Assembly (NCBI GenBank): GCA_051362555.1
Contig: CM120640.1
Location: 62,784,788 to 62,848,787 of the forward strand
DNA: 64,000 bases
Source of the DNA: Lingula anatina
Lineage: Eukaryota > Animalia > Brachiopoda
Direction of reading: 5' to 3'
The translations under genes and the position numbers were made by a program. The notes beneath the pieces were generated by a model. That model was not told where the DNA came from and did no database searches. It saw nothing but the letters and a program-made list of their open reading frames with translations. Within the stretch, counting starts at the first letter, position 1. Every line of letters starts with the position of its first letter. Below, in pieces: positions 36,236 through 49,713 of this stretch.

Positions 36236-39200
36236 TTTCTATTAACCTTATTGTATCAAAACACGACATATGGTGAATATATCTTCGGCAAACTGGAAGA
36301 AAGACATGATATGTGGTCGTTCCTGTATAGCAATATTAATCCATTCCGTTATCTTTTGACCTTTTTCTCTACAATCTTGAATATGAATGGGGTTCTTTGA
36401 CCCATAACTTCACAAAACAACGGCGAGTGTGCGCCCACCTCTCACCTCCTGAATGCTTAGCCATCTGGCTAGCAACGCACTCGCGATTTTACAGGTAGTC
36501 GGCAAAGGGCGACAAACCCCGAATTAAATCCACTCACTAAGAAATCCAGTCTTTTCAATGAAGTCTTATACAGCCACATTGCTTTATTGAACTGTGTCTT
36601 TTCTTCAAACTAAGGTAAAGCTGCAGTTCCTCAACTCTCTTAGACCATGTTTTGACGCGTGATCGTTCAAGCCCATCTTCACCTAGACGGAGGCAGATGG
36701 GACAACAGGCCGGGGGATAAAATGGGGGCATTATGATATGCACCGCACTAAAACTCCAGCAAAGACGCTTACTACCTGCATGATTCAAACCAAAGGCGTG
36801 GGACACAGGGCTTTAAAATTCAATGAAAGTTGTCACACGAGTGGAGTCAGTAGGTTTATAGAACCGACTTGCCAATAAATCAAAGTCGTGTTTGCGTGGT
36901 ATCTAAACTTAACCGATGCCGACGCGTGCCTGCTAGATATGATAAACAGTATCTCTAAAGACTACGATGATTTATCATTCAATGTCTTATTTTTATGTAG
37001 TTTTTTTCAATGCATAATTGCAGTTTGTTTAATGAAAATTAAAATAATCGATTGAATCCCGAGTATGATTCAAACTTTGTCGGAAACGTATTGCATAAAT
37101 TCATACAACGCATGGGTTAACAGCATTTGAGTGTCACCGAACGTGCATGGAACAAAGGGCTATGCTAACTTAAACATGTCACCATGAGCTTAATTTTGTC
37201 CGATAACTTTCCGAAATTGGCTCAGTTTAAATCAGTGAAGTATTACATTTCTGCCTCCTTAAGTAATTCACCAGTCTGCAGCGTAACACGGCGACATGTA
37301 CTTCGTGAAGATGTCAGCTCAATGACATATTAGAAAGTATCAACCATGTAACGGCACAATAGATGAGAGTGTTGCAACATTCATATAATCGGCATCACTG
37401 CTGATAAGTTAGTATAAAGTCAGCTTTAACCTTGTTTACAAAGAGCTTCGTGTTTATCTATTTATTACTGCAATCCGCCCGATAATGTTGCTTATACTCT
37501 TCATGTGCATTGCTGGGGAAGATCCTACACGCTGAACGAAGCTGTGGTAAGGAGAACAATTCCCCTGCACGAGCCCGACTCGTTCTATAGGTTATGGTCA
37601 GTGGAGCAACAAAGATTGATTCAAATACAAGAACCTGGCTACTACTTTCGGAGTCATGGCGCGATAAGCATGTTTTAAGTTACAATTTTAACCAAATGTT
37701 GCCCCTAATGCGAGCTGTGTTTAGGTATAATACGATAGGGATCGTCCGAGCATTTTTGCTGTAGATGCTATCGTAAGAGAAAAAAAACCAAGGCACGTGT
37801 TTCCATCGGAAATTAATTCCTTATCAAAAAGAGAAAAAAGACATTTTTGTAAAATCTGCAAGGGGATCAAATGTTGAATAAAGTGCATAGAGAACTGAAC
37901 CTTCTTTAAAATGTTGGAGATTTAAGACTTTAACCGGGGGCATAGATAGAAGACAATTGACACCAAAGAACTGGTGACGTTGAGGTCGACTGGGCTTGAA
38001 TAAAAACCCCTGACGATCTTCTGCTTATCTCTGCAATTTGAGACAATGTAAATAATAGAGCAGACGACACCGGCACGTGGAAGGCGATTTTGGCGAGTCT
38101 GATTGGATAGTAAGCGTCGTTTCAGAAAAAAGCGTGGGTCACCAAGAGTCACCTTTGCTTGCACGCATCTGCCGTGCTACTCCTTTTGCTGATATCATGG
38201 GGCTTATTAACCGTGTAACGATGTGATTTATTGGGGCTGTTGTTTGTACTAACATTTAGATGAATGAAAGTTCCTCTTTTGGACGTTTTCAGTACACATT
38301 TGAAAAAAAATTGTTTGCTTGAATGACATTAATGTTATCTGTGAAGAAATAATAGTGCAAACATGTATACAGTCTTCAGTTGTTTAAATGACTTTGTTTT
38401 ATGTTATTTACTTTTTTACTTCTTCATATGTTATTTAATGCAATTACTCATGAAGACTGGATGCTTATTGGCCGGAAATCAATATAATCGTCTCCCACAT
38501 TTTAGTAGTGTTCGTTGTTTTTTTTCGTGGACTTTCTTCCACGGCCCTCCAGTAATTGGCCACATTTTACATACCTCTAAAATGAAGGGAATTTAATGCC
38601 CACTTCGGATTTATGCACGCAATATGGATTTTGTAACATTGTTGAAAGCTATCTGAAAGGTATGTATATTTCAAATAGAAATGCATGAATTAAGACGAAC
38701 AGTATCTGACATCACGTGCCATAACATGCGTCACAGTCGTAATTGTTTTTTTTTATCGACTTAATAAGTAAAGATTTTTTACAAAATGAGAAAACGAAAT
38801 GACAGAGATATACTCTTCTTGGAGAACAGGCGATGGAATAAATGTAACATACATACTGTCAGCACCGGCTCCTTCTGTATGAAATTATTAAATTTTACAC
38901 TGAGGTCTCATGCTAAGACCCAACACGATGCTATTGTAATGTCATTTGCTCTCCGCTATTGACTTTATTGATCTGTTGCAATCAGTAAGCAAAAAAAGTT
39001 ACTTTGGTTTTTTTAAAATAATAATAATAAGAAGAAGAAGAAGAAGAAGAAGAATCAGTGCCAAGTAACCTGTACTGTCCAAAGATGATGCTGCCCTCCA
39101 TGTAAACTTTGGCCAGGTGTTGACAGATTGGTTTGCGTGGCAAGTAAGACTTACACGAGTGGTTTTGCATCAAGGTCGGTGTAATCATAAACATGCAAGA

Positions 39201-40693
39201 GATGGGAATCTCTGGGAATCCCGTCTTTCTTCCTTCCTTGGCTCCAATGTGGTTATGACAAGAAACAACACCTGACACCGAAATAATTCAGACTTTGGCC
39301 AAAAGCATCATGACGGGGAGATATCTTAATTCAGTAAAGGTAGATAAAGGCGCTTGTTGAATCTTTGGATCTTAAATTTCAAGTAATTCCGTTTTTTTTC
39401 TTTTTTTTTTTTTGAAGGGGAACATAACAATGTATAATTTTTATGGACTAAAATAAAATACTGAGCAGGTGTTTGTTAAGACGTTGGAATTCTGATAAGA
39501 TTTCGTATCTAAACCTTCGAGTACAGGCCTGCAGAGTCTAAGATAACTCAGTTATGTCGGTAAAACTTTGATGTATCGATTTCTTTCATCTCGATCTTAT
39601 AATAATCAACGATATTTATATGTTTGTTGTAGGTACAACTGTGCGTGTTTGAATCGCTAAGGTCAATAAACGTAAGACGGTATTAAACCATTTCAGCATA
39701 CCAGAACTATTGTAAAACACTGCTATAATAAACTACAAACATAATAGTGGAGTCCACAAGGTAAATGGCCTTTTTTATCTGCGTGAAAGACGGAGGAATT
39801 CTAATTGTTACTTGTTATGCTTCGATCAACTAAATACATTGTAAATTGGGCTCACGTTGAATGTTCGGCCATTAATAATAAGCATCTAAGTTGATAAGTA
39901 TTTCCTGACAGTTATAGCAGCATAATATCAGGTAGTAACATAAACAATATTGGCTCACTGATAGAATATATCTTATTTGGTGTGCATTTTCTGACCACAC
40001 CGCCCGATATCGTTAGTAATACAACCAGATCGTAACACTAAAGTAATTCACTGCCGCTCTACCTATTTTTCTACAAAGTCTCTTTATATTCCGCCGCCAA
40101 TAAGCGGGCCGCATTTTTCTTTAAGTGAACTCTGCATTAATCTGTTCAGGAGAATCAATCTTACTCAGTTTTCACTCTAACGCCTGTATAGGATGAAACG
40201 CTTCCTTCGGCTCATTATATATGGCAGACCTCTAGCTGAACTTTTTTCTTTGTTGCGTATTTTTATCTTAAGTGTGATCAAGTCCTGTCGCGGTACACTT
40301 CCTTGTGTATGGGGTGAACTGACGTTACCAAGTAATGGCGCGTTCACCCGTGCTAGTTCGAACGGGTGACATGCCAAAATACGGTACCATACTTTTGTAG
40401 TGTAACATTAACAGCTTTAAGTTGATTTCATTACTTTTGTATGGGCCTGCTTTATTAAACCCGCTTTATTTAGTCCTACCCTGATTCTCAATTTATTCGA
40501 ATTTCAAGCAGTAAACGATGCTTATGCGTATTTTGCGTCACCCTGTTCACCAAGGAAGACTATTTTCAAACGTCTGTATCACGGTTTATAACAACTCTGA
40601 TCTTAATTTGTACTCGTGGATTGTAACATTTCGTTTTGTTTGTTTACGACTATGCAATAGCTACAGATAAAATAGGTGAGTGTCTGTGAGTGA

Positions 40694-40697
40694 GTGT

Positions 40698-40728
<31 letters not shown>
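40694..40728. repeat. (GT)n microsatellite joined to a poly-G run
   Basis: Directly visible. Confidence 0.9.
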
Positions 40729-43700
40729 CATGCAAACATGGGGTTCTATGGCGCCAAGTTAGCCCCACCTTAAATAATTGTTAGATGGCCAAATCAGTTC
40801 GTGTGATATTCATACTAATCAGAATCCCTTCGCACGGCAGTGTTACGATGATTTTTTCACTTACTCCCGCTAGCCACATTATTCTAGTTATTGAACAAAG
40901 CATATTTTTCTCTTTGGATTATAAATTAAATTAAAGCTTCAGTAAAGTTTTGTCATTCTAAGATATTTTCTTATTAAATGCTCTCAGTGTTTTAGTTAAT
41001 GGATCCTTATACTCTTTCGTTTTCACATGTTAGATAACCTACATTATCCTTGTCGATGGAATGTGCTGTATTGTAACTTATTGCTTACCACGGATAATCT
41101 CTAAATGTTTCTGGCTCTTTTATCACGTTTTGTGTGCCTTCATTTAGAACAAAATATATTTTGCTTTTGTCTTAGCTGTCCAGGCAGTAAGCTTTTTATA
41201 AAGACTGAATTTCAAGCATTAAGGGGCAGAAAGTTAGTGGCAAAATGAAACAAATTAATTGATTACTGCCAGTACGCATCGACGATGTACTTTTGATAAT
41301 ATCGTTATGTTATTATTCGATTCTGGATGTGAAGCTCAATTCATTGTCTTCTTGAAACGTACAAATATGCTAAAGAATCGCATGATGCGTGTTCTGACTA
41401 ACTTTTGTACTCTTCACTTTTGAACTTTATTATTATCTACCAACTGTTTCCGGTTGGCGTGTGATCACTTATAACTGTCAAAACCCTCATAAATGTTAAT
41501 GACGTTGGTTCAGAGACATTAATTTTTCCACCTATAATGAGCCACACTAACCGCAAACAAACAACCGCACCTTTTAATGTTTGTTAATAGGGGCATATAC
41601 AGAAACAGAAAAGATAAGTGGAATATAACGCAATGAAATACAATGTTTAAATACTGCTCCTTGTACAAGAATTCTACCGTATGAAGCAGGAAGTGTTGAC
41701 ACATATATTATTTCTATTCTTCAGTTATTTGGTCTTCCACCGATTCCACCACACTGTTTTTAAACTTCCTTCTTGGACTCGAGTTTTTATTCCAATACCT
41801 TTAAATAAGAATGATGAAAATAACCATCGTTGCAAAGCGAAATGGCACCTGCATAAGAGAAATGTAACTTTAGTGGAACAATTGATATTAGTTTCAAATA
41901 TCAAACCACACATCTGTAGCTGTGTATTACTTCCTCTTTCGTTCGATTCATTCATTCATTCGTTCGTTCGTTCGTTCGATCATTCATTCAGTAAAAGAAC
42001 CCCTCAACCCCGGAAAAATATATTTTGTATTGAGCTTGAATTCTCTCTTTTATTCATTTTAAGGACAAATTTATTATAAGATACATTTACTGTCTGTCCA
42101 GAATAGATTTCAAAATAATCCAAAATTGTATTGCAGTTTCAAATTATTATTGAAAAAGTGTAAAAGTGTTAACCGATGCGAATGTATGATTTGCATACAG
42201 ACACAGTTTGGTATCTAAAGCAATGGCAGTGCTTGTAAACAACAGAAAATGGAACCATAACATGAAGTATTTTATTTGCTTTAAACGTCCTAATCGTTCT
42301 CAAGCTTGTTCATGTGGATTTTAATTGCAAAATATCAGAAGGGTGGGGTATAAAGGTCTAATTTCCGTGTTTAGGGGTGGCTTTTTTTTCTTACGCTATC
42401 GGTCTGTTATATAAAGAACAGCCTCTTTACTACTTTGGCCAGAGTCTGTACTAATTTTGTAAGAAGAACACATTTTCGCCACTTTTTTTTTTAATACCAT
42501 CTTTGACGCCCCTAACAAAGAGGATGTTTTTTCTGGCTGGGGACTGTTTCTGCGTGTAACTGTCTTTTTTTGGTTTACTTTTTTATTCCATTCACTTTTT
42601 TTTTGGCAAAATAAGGTTGCATACACATTTGTAGGAAACTCAGCCAACCATAAATCCATACAGGGCAAAAACCTTTCGATGACCTAGTGCCACAGGTAAG
42701 AACGGCACGTACTCGGCAGGTTAGCAAAAGGTTTGCCATAGTGAATAATCGAATATGCTGGGACACAGAATGGTAAATACTCCAGCGTGACATGCGGGAG
42801 GGATGTTTGCCTTCCCAAATGGCGATGCGGGTTTTCACTAAACCTTTGGACAAAAAAGCTGTTGAACATCTCCAAATATCAGTGTCGACAAAAAGAGATA
42901 AATCGTCTCTTTTTTAAAATATACCTGCCTATTTTTCTTTCAAACAGACAGCCTACAAGATGAAATGCCCTGTAGTTATGCAAAAAGTTCGAGAAGCACC
43001 AAGCAGTCTGAAATTTTATGCGTTCATCAGGCTGAAAAAACTAGCTGTGCTTTGGCATTATTATACAACACAGCCTTTGGATGAAAGAGGGGACTCTATC
43101 ATGATTAGAGACGGTACCATGCTGCAAGAGACTCTGTATATGATAAAATTAGTAGGTAGCAGTAGGAAAATGTCAAGCATTCGAATACGCAGGTAGATTA
43201 ACAGCTAGGCAGGTAGACACAGGACACCGGGCCGGACACACAGGCAGAAAGACGCAGGGGAGAGATTTGTAGTGAGCGTTTTAATGAATCGAACCAAAAG
43301 CGTTAATTTGAAAGTAATGACAGTCGGTGACAGTCATGCGTCAGAACAAAGTTTCCACTGGCACACGCACCACTACACTAGACACGCGACATTAAAAGTC
43401 GATTAGTTTCCCATGCTTCTTCCACGCGTCCTGGGCCTTTATTCAATATTCTAAAGTCGTCTGACCGGATTTAAATGGGAGCGGTACCTTACCTGTAGAG
43501 ACACACGAGGCCGGGGAATATTGCATAGGTGACTAAATGCAAAGAAACGTTGCGGGTGTTCCTTCATATACTTCAAATCTAAATGGGTCCAGTAAAGGTT
43601 TTGCTTAGATATTTGAATATATCTTGAAACCGTGAAGTGTTAACAATTTTGACCTCGTCATGAGAAAATCAAATATTTATTTCGTCTTATTTCGGATGGA

Positions 43701-46339
43701 GGACCAATTGCTTTATTGCGTTGTTAGTAAACCTCCTAATTTTGTCGTATTTGCCAATAAAAATGTAGATTCAGTTCAACTGGAAAACTTCTAACAAACC
43801 TAGGTGAACAAGGAAAAACAATAAACTGTTTGTAATTTCACTTGTGTTGAATTGAATGGATTTGGCGTTTATCTAAGTGGGAAAACAAAAACAGGAACGT
43901 ATGCATGTAAAAAGTTATTTCAAATAAAGAGTATCAAACGAAAATGAGTTAATTTATTCAACATGTTTTAAATCAGGAATTTTACTCAGATAAAAACAAG
44001 ATTGAAACTATCTGAGCTCATTATTTCTGTAATTATGGTCGCTGATCGGCCACGTGGCCGAGTGGTCTGGATCGTTTATTAAGCCACTATAAGAAATTAA
44101 GGTAGAACTAAGTCTCAATTTGGCGCCATCAGTTTATCAAGAATATGCCTGTGATAAATTGGTTCTGAACCCTGAATTATTATCTTCTAATCCTATATCA
44201 TCATTTCATTTTAAAGTTAATACACACGCCCATCGCGAAGTTAACTTTAGATTTAATACCGACCAACATAATATAGTATCTTATCTCTTGGTCCCCATGT
44301 TTACAGCCCTGAATCAACTTCAAACATACTACTTTCCCTACAATTAGCATGCGACGGTGTAGATAATCATCGCTGCTGTCAGCCCTTAGCTTATTAAACC
44401 GACCTCCCTTTTCAAACAGCCCCTCTCTCTCGTCGCCGAGTAGGTGTTCGTTTTTGGAAGCTCATCACAAAGCAGGGCAGTTTATTTTCCTGTTACACCC
44501 GATAATACACCTGTCGCTAGTAAACTCAAGCACTAGCGTCTATGCGCCTTTACGCTTGCTACCATGATCCGAAAGAATGTGCCCTTGCTTCTTTCTTTAC
44601 TTTTCACAAATCTTGATTTTTAAGACGCACAGAGCCAATGATTTAACGCGGTCTTTAATGACCAAACCTCTACAGGTAGTTGTTTAATATTCATGATGTT
44701 ACTATGTTTTCCAGGTTCAATCCAGCGTTGTGGTGTTTACGGGAATATGAATTAGTCTGCGCGAGACAGGCAGGTGTTTGGCGCGTGGGGAGGCCGCACC
44801 AAGCAAATTGTTAAATTTACACTCACATTTTGCTTTGCTTTGAAATAGTTACCATCATGTTTACTTTAATTGAAGTCAATCGAGATACTGCAATACTCTG
44901 TCAATGACTATTTCAATGAAAATATATCTTTCTGGGTTATTTTAACACAAGAAGATCAAACTAAACAACAAAATATCATCGTGTTGGCCTATATTGTTCA
45001 CAGTTGACCGGGCGCTGTGCTTAGGAGCGCACTTATTTCTCTGGCTCTACCCCATTACCCGTCTTCATTTACGTTTCTTAACAACTTTTGAAAGGTACTG
45101 CACAATTTTATGAAATTTTGGTACAAGCTCTTCTACTTAAAGAAATGAGATAACAGAGCGACAAGGGAAGGGTTGTTATCGCATTCCCTAAAACCGCATG
45201 CTACGAACCACCGCTTTTCGTTTTCTCTTGGGAACTTTGTCACATGTAGAGGGAAAATAGTAAAAAGGAGAGGTATAATCATTCTTATTAAGCGTTTGCC
45301 TGTAATTGGAAACTTTAGCCACGGAAAGCCACACACGCAATAAACAATGACTCTTTTATTTTCGCCGATTTCATTGTAAAATTCCTTTTAAACAGAATGA
45401 AAATTTAACGGGCGGGAAAACGCCGTATGAGATAATAATGCTGATGAGAATTAAATTCTGACCAGCCAAATTAAATAGCAAGAGGGATAAAATGAATTAC
45501 CATGTACAGATAGAAAATTTTAAATGATTTAATGAGATACCAATAATGACAACGAGATAATTACTGACTGGCTAACTAACTAACTTATTTACTCACTAAT
45601 AAAAGCACATGTGTTCTAATGAGGGACCATTGTCTTGAACATGATGAGGTACAAGAAATTTTCAGTGACGTGTTTCTGTGTTTACCTAGGTATACTACCC
45701 TTATGTAGACTGGTTTATTCTTCACAACAACGCAATGTTAGGCTTTATAGTTTACAAACTGGGAGCAGTGTGAACTTAGTTAGCGTTTCCGTGATTTTGA
45801 CTGCCGTTTTACACTTTAATGGCGACCATAATTGCCGTTCTCTTCTTTATTTCCAAGTCTGCAATCTCGGCTTGGGATTTGTTGCCCAGTGCTTGGAGAA
45901 AAGCACTTCACAAATAGGCCAATAAAATCACGGACGCCCGTGTAAAGGAAATATGTAGATAGACAACATGTTTATCCTTTGTGTAATAAACTTGATAGTC
46001 GCGCGACTTAAGTTGCCTGTAAACTGTCAGTTAAATATAGATTTTCGCAATGATCAAAACCTTTGACATAATACCAGATTCGATGGGTAAACTGTTTATA
46101 CACAGTGAGATTTTAAAACTCAAATTACCCAACGGTTTTATTGTTTAAGTTTATTGAAATCGAAAGGATCATCCTTATTTCATCTTTTAGTTTCGCTAAG
46201 AATATTTGACGTTTGCTGGAATGTAATTAAAATCCAATGTGCTAATGTTTAATTAGGGTTCAGTTTTCTGTGATACCCTGTTTCGTTCGCGTTGCACGTT
46301 GTATCAACAAAGATGGCTACCGTGTCTTTGACTTTACAG

Positions 46340-46508
46340 TTTTAAAACTAAGAGAAAACAGTAATAACTGAAGACTCTAAATAAAAGGCACAATGAAAGA
46401 GAGGGAGATCTTTAACTTTAAGGTTTTTAAACTAAGAGAAAACAGAAAGGACTGAAGCTTCTAAATGAAAAGGCACACATACACAAAGAGAGAGAGAGAG
46501 AGAGAGAG
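46340..46508. repeat. Diverged ~85-bp tandem duplication followed by (GA)n
   Basis: TTTTAAA(A)CTAAGAGAAAACAG...ACTGAAG..TCTAAAT..AAAAGGCACA at ~46340 and ~46425; (GA)n at 46488-46508. Confidence 0.8.
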
Positions 46509-47118
46509 CGATAGTTCACTAACCAACGTGTTCAAATTTCATAATAGTAAATAGCAGAATAAAGGAGTTTATAAAGTGTCCTCTTCTTTTTGAAAAACTT
46601 TTCAGGCCACATACATTTCACCAATAAGAAAAAGAAAGAAGTAAACCTGGGTTGTTCTACAAACACTAAAATCTTAGAATGGTACTCTCTCTGTGGAAAC
46701 TTATTATTTATATAAACAATTTGATCAAACAAGGTGTATGCTCGAAACCATGCGTCAAACGGCAGGAGGTGCAATTTTGGTATTGCGTCGCCTTTGCACC
46801 TCTAACACATCCATACACGGCAGGCCCGTTAATTTTTATTGTAACCGATTTAATACTTAATATAGGCTCTACACAAGCAAATATCTTAAAGGTATAGTAT
46901 ACACGTTTGAGATATCTCTCTGGAAACTTGGGTTTTGATGCTTTTTGCCACTGTCCCCCAGAGAAGATGCTGACAATTTTATCTTTTGACGACACATCTA
47001 GTATGATCCTTCTAGACTATAGTTTAACGGTGTACCTGGCCAGGTATTTTGTTTTGTACTATATCGCTGGATGACGGATTCCAGGGCGAACAGCCATGTC
47101 CTTTTGCTTGCGCCCAAA

Positions 47119-47130
47119 CACACACACACG

Positions 47131-47153
<23 letters not shown>
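47119..47153. repeat. (CA)n microsatellite
   Basis: Directly visible, with one interruption. Confidence 0.9.
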
Positions 47154-47161
<8 letters not shown>

Positions 47162-49389
47162 CCAAGCTATACCTCGTTTTTTTAAGACGAAGCATTGACA
47201 CCCTACAAAAGTGCTAATCAAAACTGACTTGTAACTATAGGCCCCACAAACATCAGTGACTAGGCCATGAGCGTACACGTGGCCTTCCATTCTGCTATGA
47301 TCTGCTATTCAGGGTATACTATTTAAACCAACTGTTTTGCATTACTCAAGAAATTTTGTCCTAGTTGAAAATTGTGAAAATTGTTTATTGGTCAATGCTA
47401 TATGGGGGTTTGTGGCAATTATCTTAGTGAACGTTGAAATAATATTTAGGCCTATATCTTTAATTTTCAAAATATTCCATCACTTTTAGCAAATATTGAG
47501 TATATTTTTCTGAAAAGTCAGGAAGACATGACAGTCTATATGAATCATGATTCGTTTATAAGTATATTATTTTTAGACAATTTAGTTCTAAACGAATAAT
47601 GATTAAAACGAACCAATATTGAATCTATTTGAAATTAGAAACAGAGCAAAACAGAATGCAGGGAAGGGTGGAGCAATGATACGCGAATAGGCGAATATGA
47701 AAAAGTACTTTTTCTCGATAATAAAAATATTTGTCGCGAAAGTCCCGAATAGACTACCTTAAACCAGTTATCAAGAATTCCATAATCCATTACCATGTTC
47801 CTGTACATCATCCTTCGCACTGATGAACTTCAAATGTTAATCTGTAGGGGGGTTGGTTTAGCGGACTACCAAAATCAAAACAAAGAAGTCGCTACTTATT
47901 TTCATTCTGTATAGCGGCCATATTCTGCAGAAGAACTGTTTTAAGTTGAAACTGTCGAAAACAGACGTAATGAACGCGGCTCTTTATTGCCAGTGATTCC
48001 ACGTCTCCGTTTTCTACAAAGACTCCAAAACAGACTTTTTGCAAAGTGAACTAATGGTCCTCAATTGAATACTGCTTTATAAGAACCCCTGAGTATCTAG
48101 GTACTAAACGGTCATAACTGTCATGGTCACTCTCACTTTAACCTTGGAAACGACAAAAGTAAATTAAAAGCTCAATTATTCTCATCTCAATATTTTTCTA
48201 TCGACACGTTCATTTTACCCCATAATTGATACGTGCTTAATTTCAGCAAGATGTCTTATTAGTTAAGAACGCAGGTATTGTAGAACTAAACTGCATACAT
48301 TTAATGGCAGCCTTACTATAAAAAAGTCGATTAAGACACGCCGAGCAAAAAACGCATATTGAAGGATAAAACTCTAAAGAAAAAAATGTACTTTTAAGTA
48401 ACTACAGACCTTGTAGATTTTTACAATTCGATAAATATAAGATACTGTGGGAAAATGCATTAGTCCTTTTTTCCGCAAAGCTTTCAAGAAATAAATTTAA
48501 TTGTTTGTGAATTGCGTGCCAGTTGAGGTTGTTTAGATATAATTGCCAATCTTTTCTTCGTCAGATAAGATTTTGAGCGAAGTTTCACGTGCTTCAGTAT
48601 TTATTAAAATATATCCATCTATACGCAATGCCATTAAATGATGAATGGGAATTATTCTGTCGCGCATTACAACAGAGTACAACATAACATTTCCTCTTGA
48701 TACAAAATATACCAAATAATGAGTTGGAAAAGTACAATGGAAAAAAAAAGAGAAGCGCCATTAGATAACAGGGACGTTAATCCCCTTGTGTTCAAGACTG
48801 AATTCTTAAAAAGACTTGTATGTATGAAGGTCACTCATACTATATTGTGTAAATGTCTGTTCTGACATCTTCGGCGTGATATAAAACAAAACAAACTCTG
48901 TGAATTTTGATCGACTCGTGTAACGATTATTGAACAAGCGCCATATAACGCGTTTTCATTGAAATCACTGGCTATTACACTCTGCATCAAAGGTCTTATA
49001 TCCAGGTCATTACAAGCGCACAACAGGCAGTAGTGAAAAAAAGTGAAGTAATTAGAGATAAAATCCGGAAATTTCCCAATTAATTGTCACATTTCATTAA
49101 AACTGCTGATTTATCGTTCGATAGACATTTATTTCATTTTAAAGAAAAATCCAGCCATTTAGTGTGAGATATTAGAAGTAACTTAGACGAAAAGTAATTC
49201 AAATATCTCATATTCAATTATAAGGAATCTCCACATCAAAAGAATTAATCTTTTAATACAAAATCTGAATGTTTTCAAACACGCTCTTCTAACAAGTATA
49301 AAAACCCAACTGAAAAACCCTCAACTTCACCAGTGTCTGAATAGTGCCTCAGCATACGCACATTCTCTGACGAAAAGATTTCCGCTGCC

Positions 49390-49713
49390 ATGATGCTGAA
49401 GCTCATTCTTCTCGCTGCGACCTTAGCCGTTGCTGCCGCGTTGGTTCCGTATCCCTACAAGCCAATCTACCACGCAGGAGGCCCTGTCTATAGAGCCAGC
49501 AGCTACGCTGCTGGAAGGGGCTACGCCGGAGTCGGTAGGAAAGTCTATGGGGGTACGTACGCGGCTGGGTACGGTACTTATGGAAGTTACGCTGACTACG
49601 GCACTGGCTACGTTGGCAGCGGTCACGGGCATGGCTATAGAAGCGGCTATGGCTATGGGAATTCTTTCGGAACTAGTTACGGAAAAGGTTACAAGAGCTA
49701 CAAGAAGTACTAA
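49390..49713 (+). CDS. Small secreted Gly/Tyr-rich protein (107 aa); shematrin-like/cuticle- or shell-matrix-type structural protein
   Basis: Hydrophobic signal peptide MMLKLILLAATLAVAAA, GY-repeat-rich mature region and basic C-terminus KGYKSYKKY. TATAAAA at 49297-49303, Kozak-like GCTGCCATG, and GC-rich coding composition against an AT-rich background. Confidence 0.85.
   Translation: MMLKLILLAATLAVAAALVPYPYKPIYHAGGPVYRASSYAAGRGYAGVGRKVYGGTYAAGYGTYGSYADYGTGYVGSGHGHGYRSGYGYGNSFGTSYGKGYKSYKKY

Noticed and set aside
44047-44075. tRNA A-box-like GTGGCCGAGTGGT (also a B-box-like GGTTCGCTCCC near 29780 and TGGTATAATGGTTA near 57388)
   Set aside because: No cloverleaf or paired A/B boxes; at most decayed SINE fragments.
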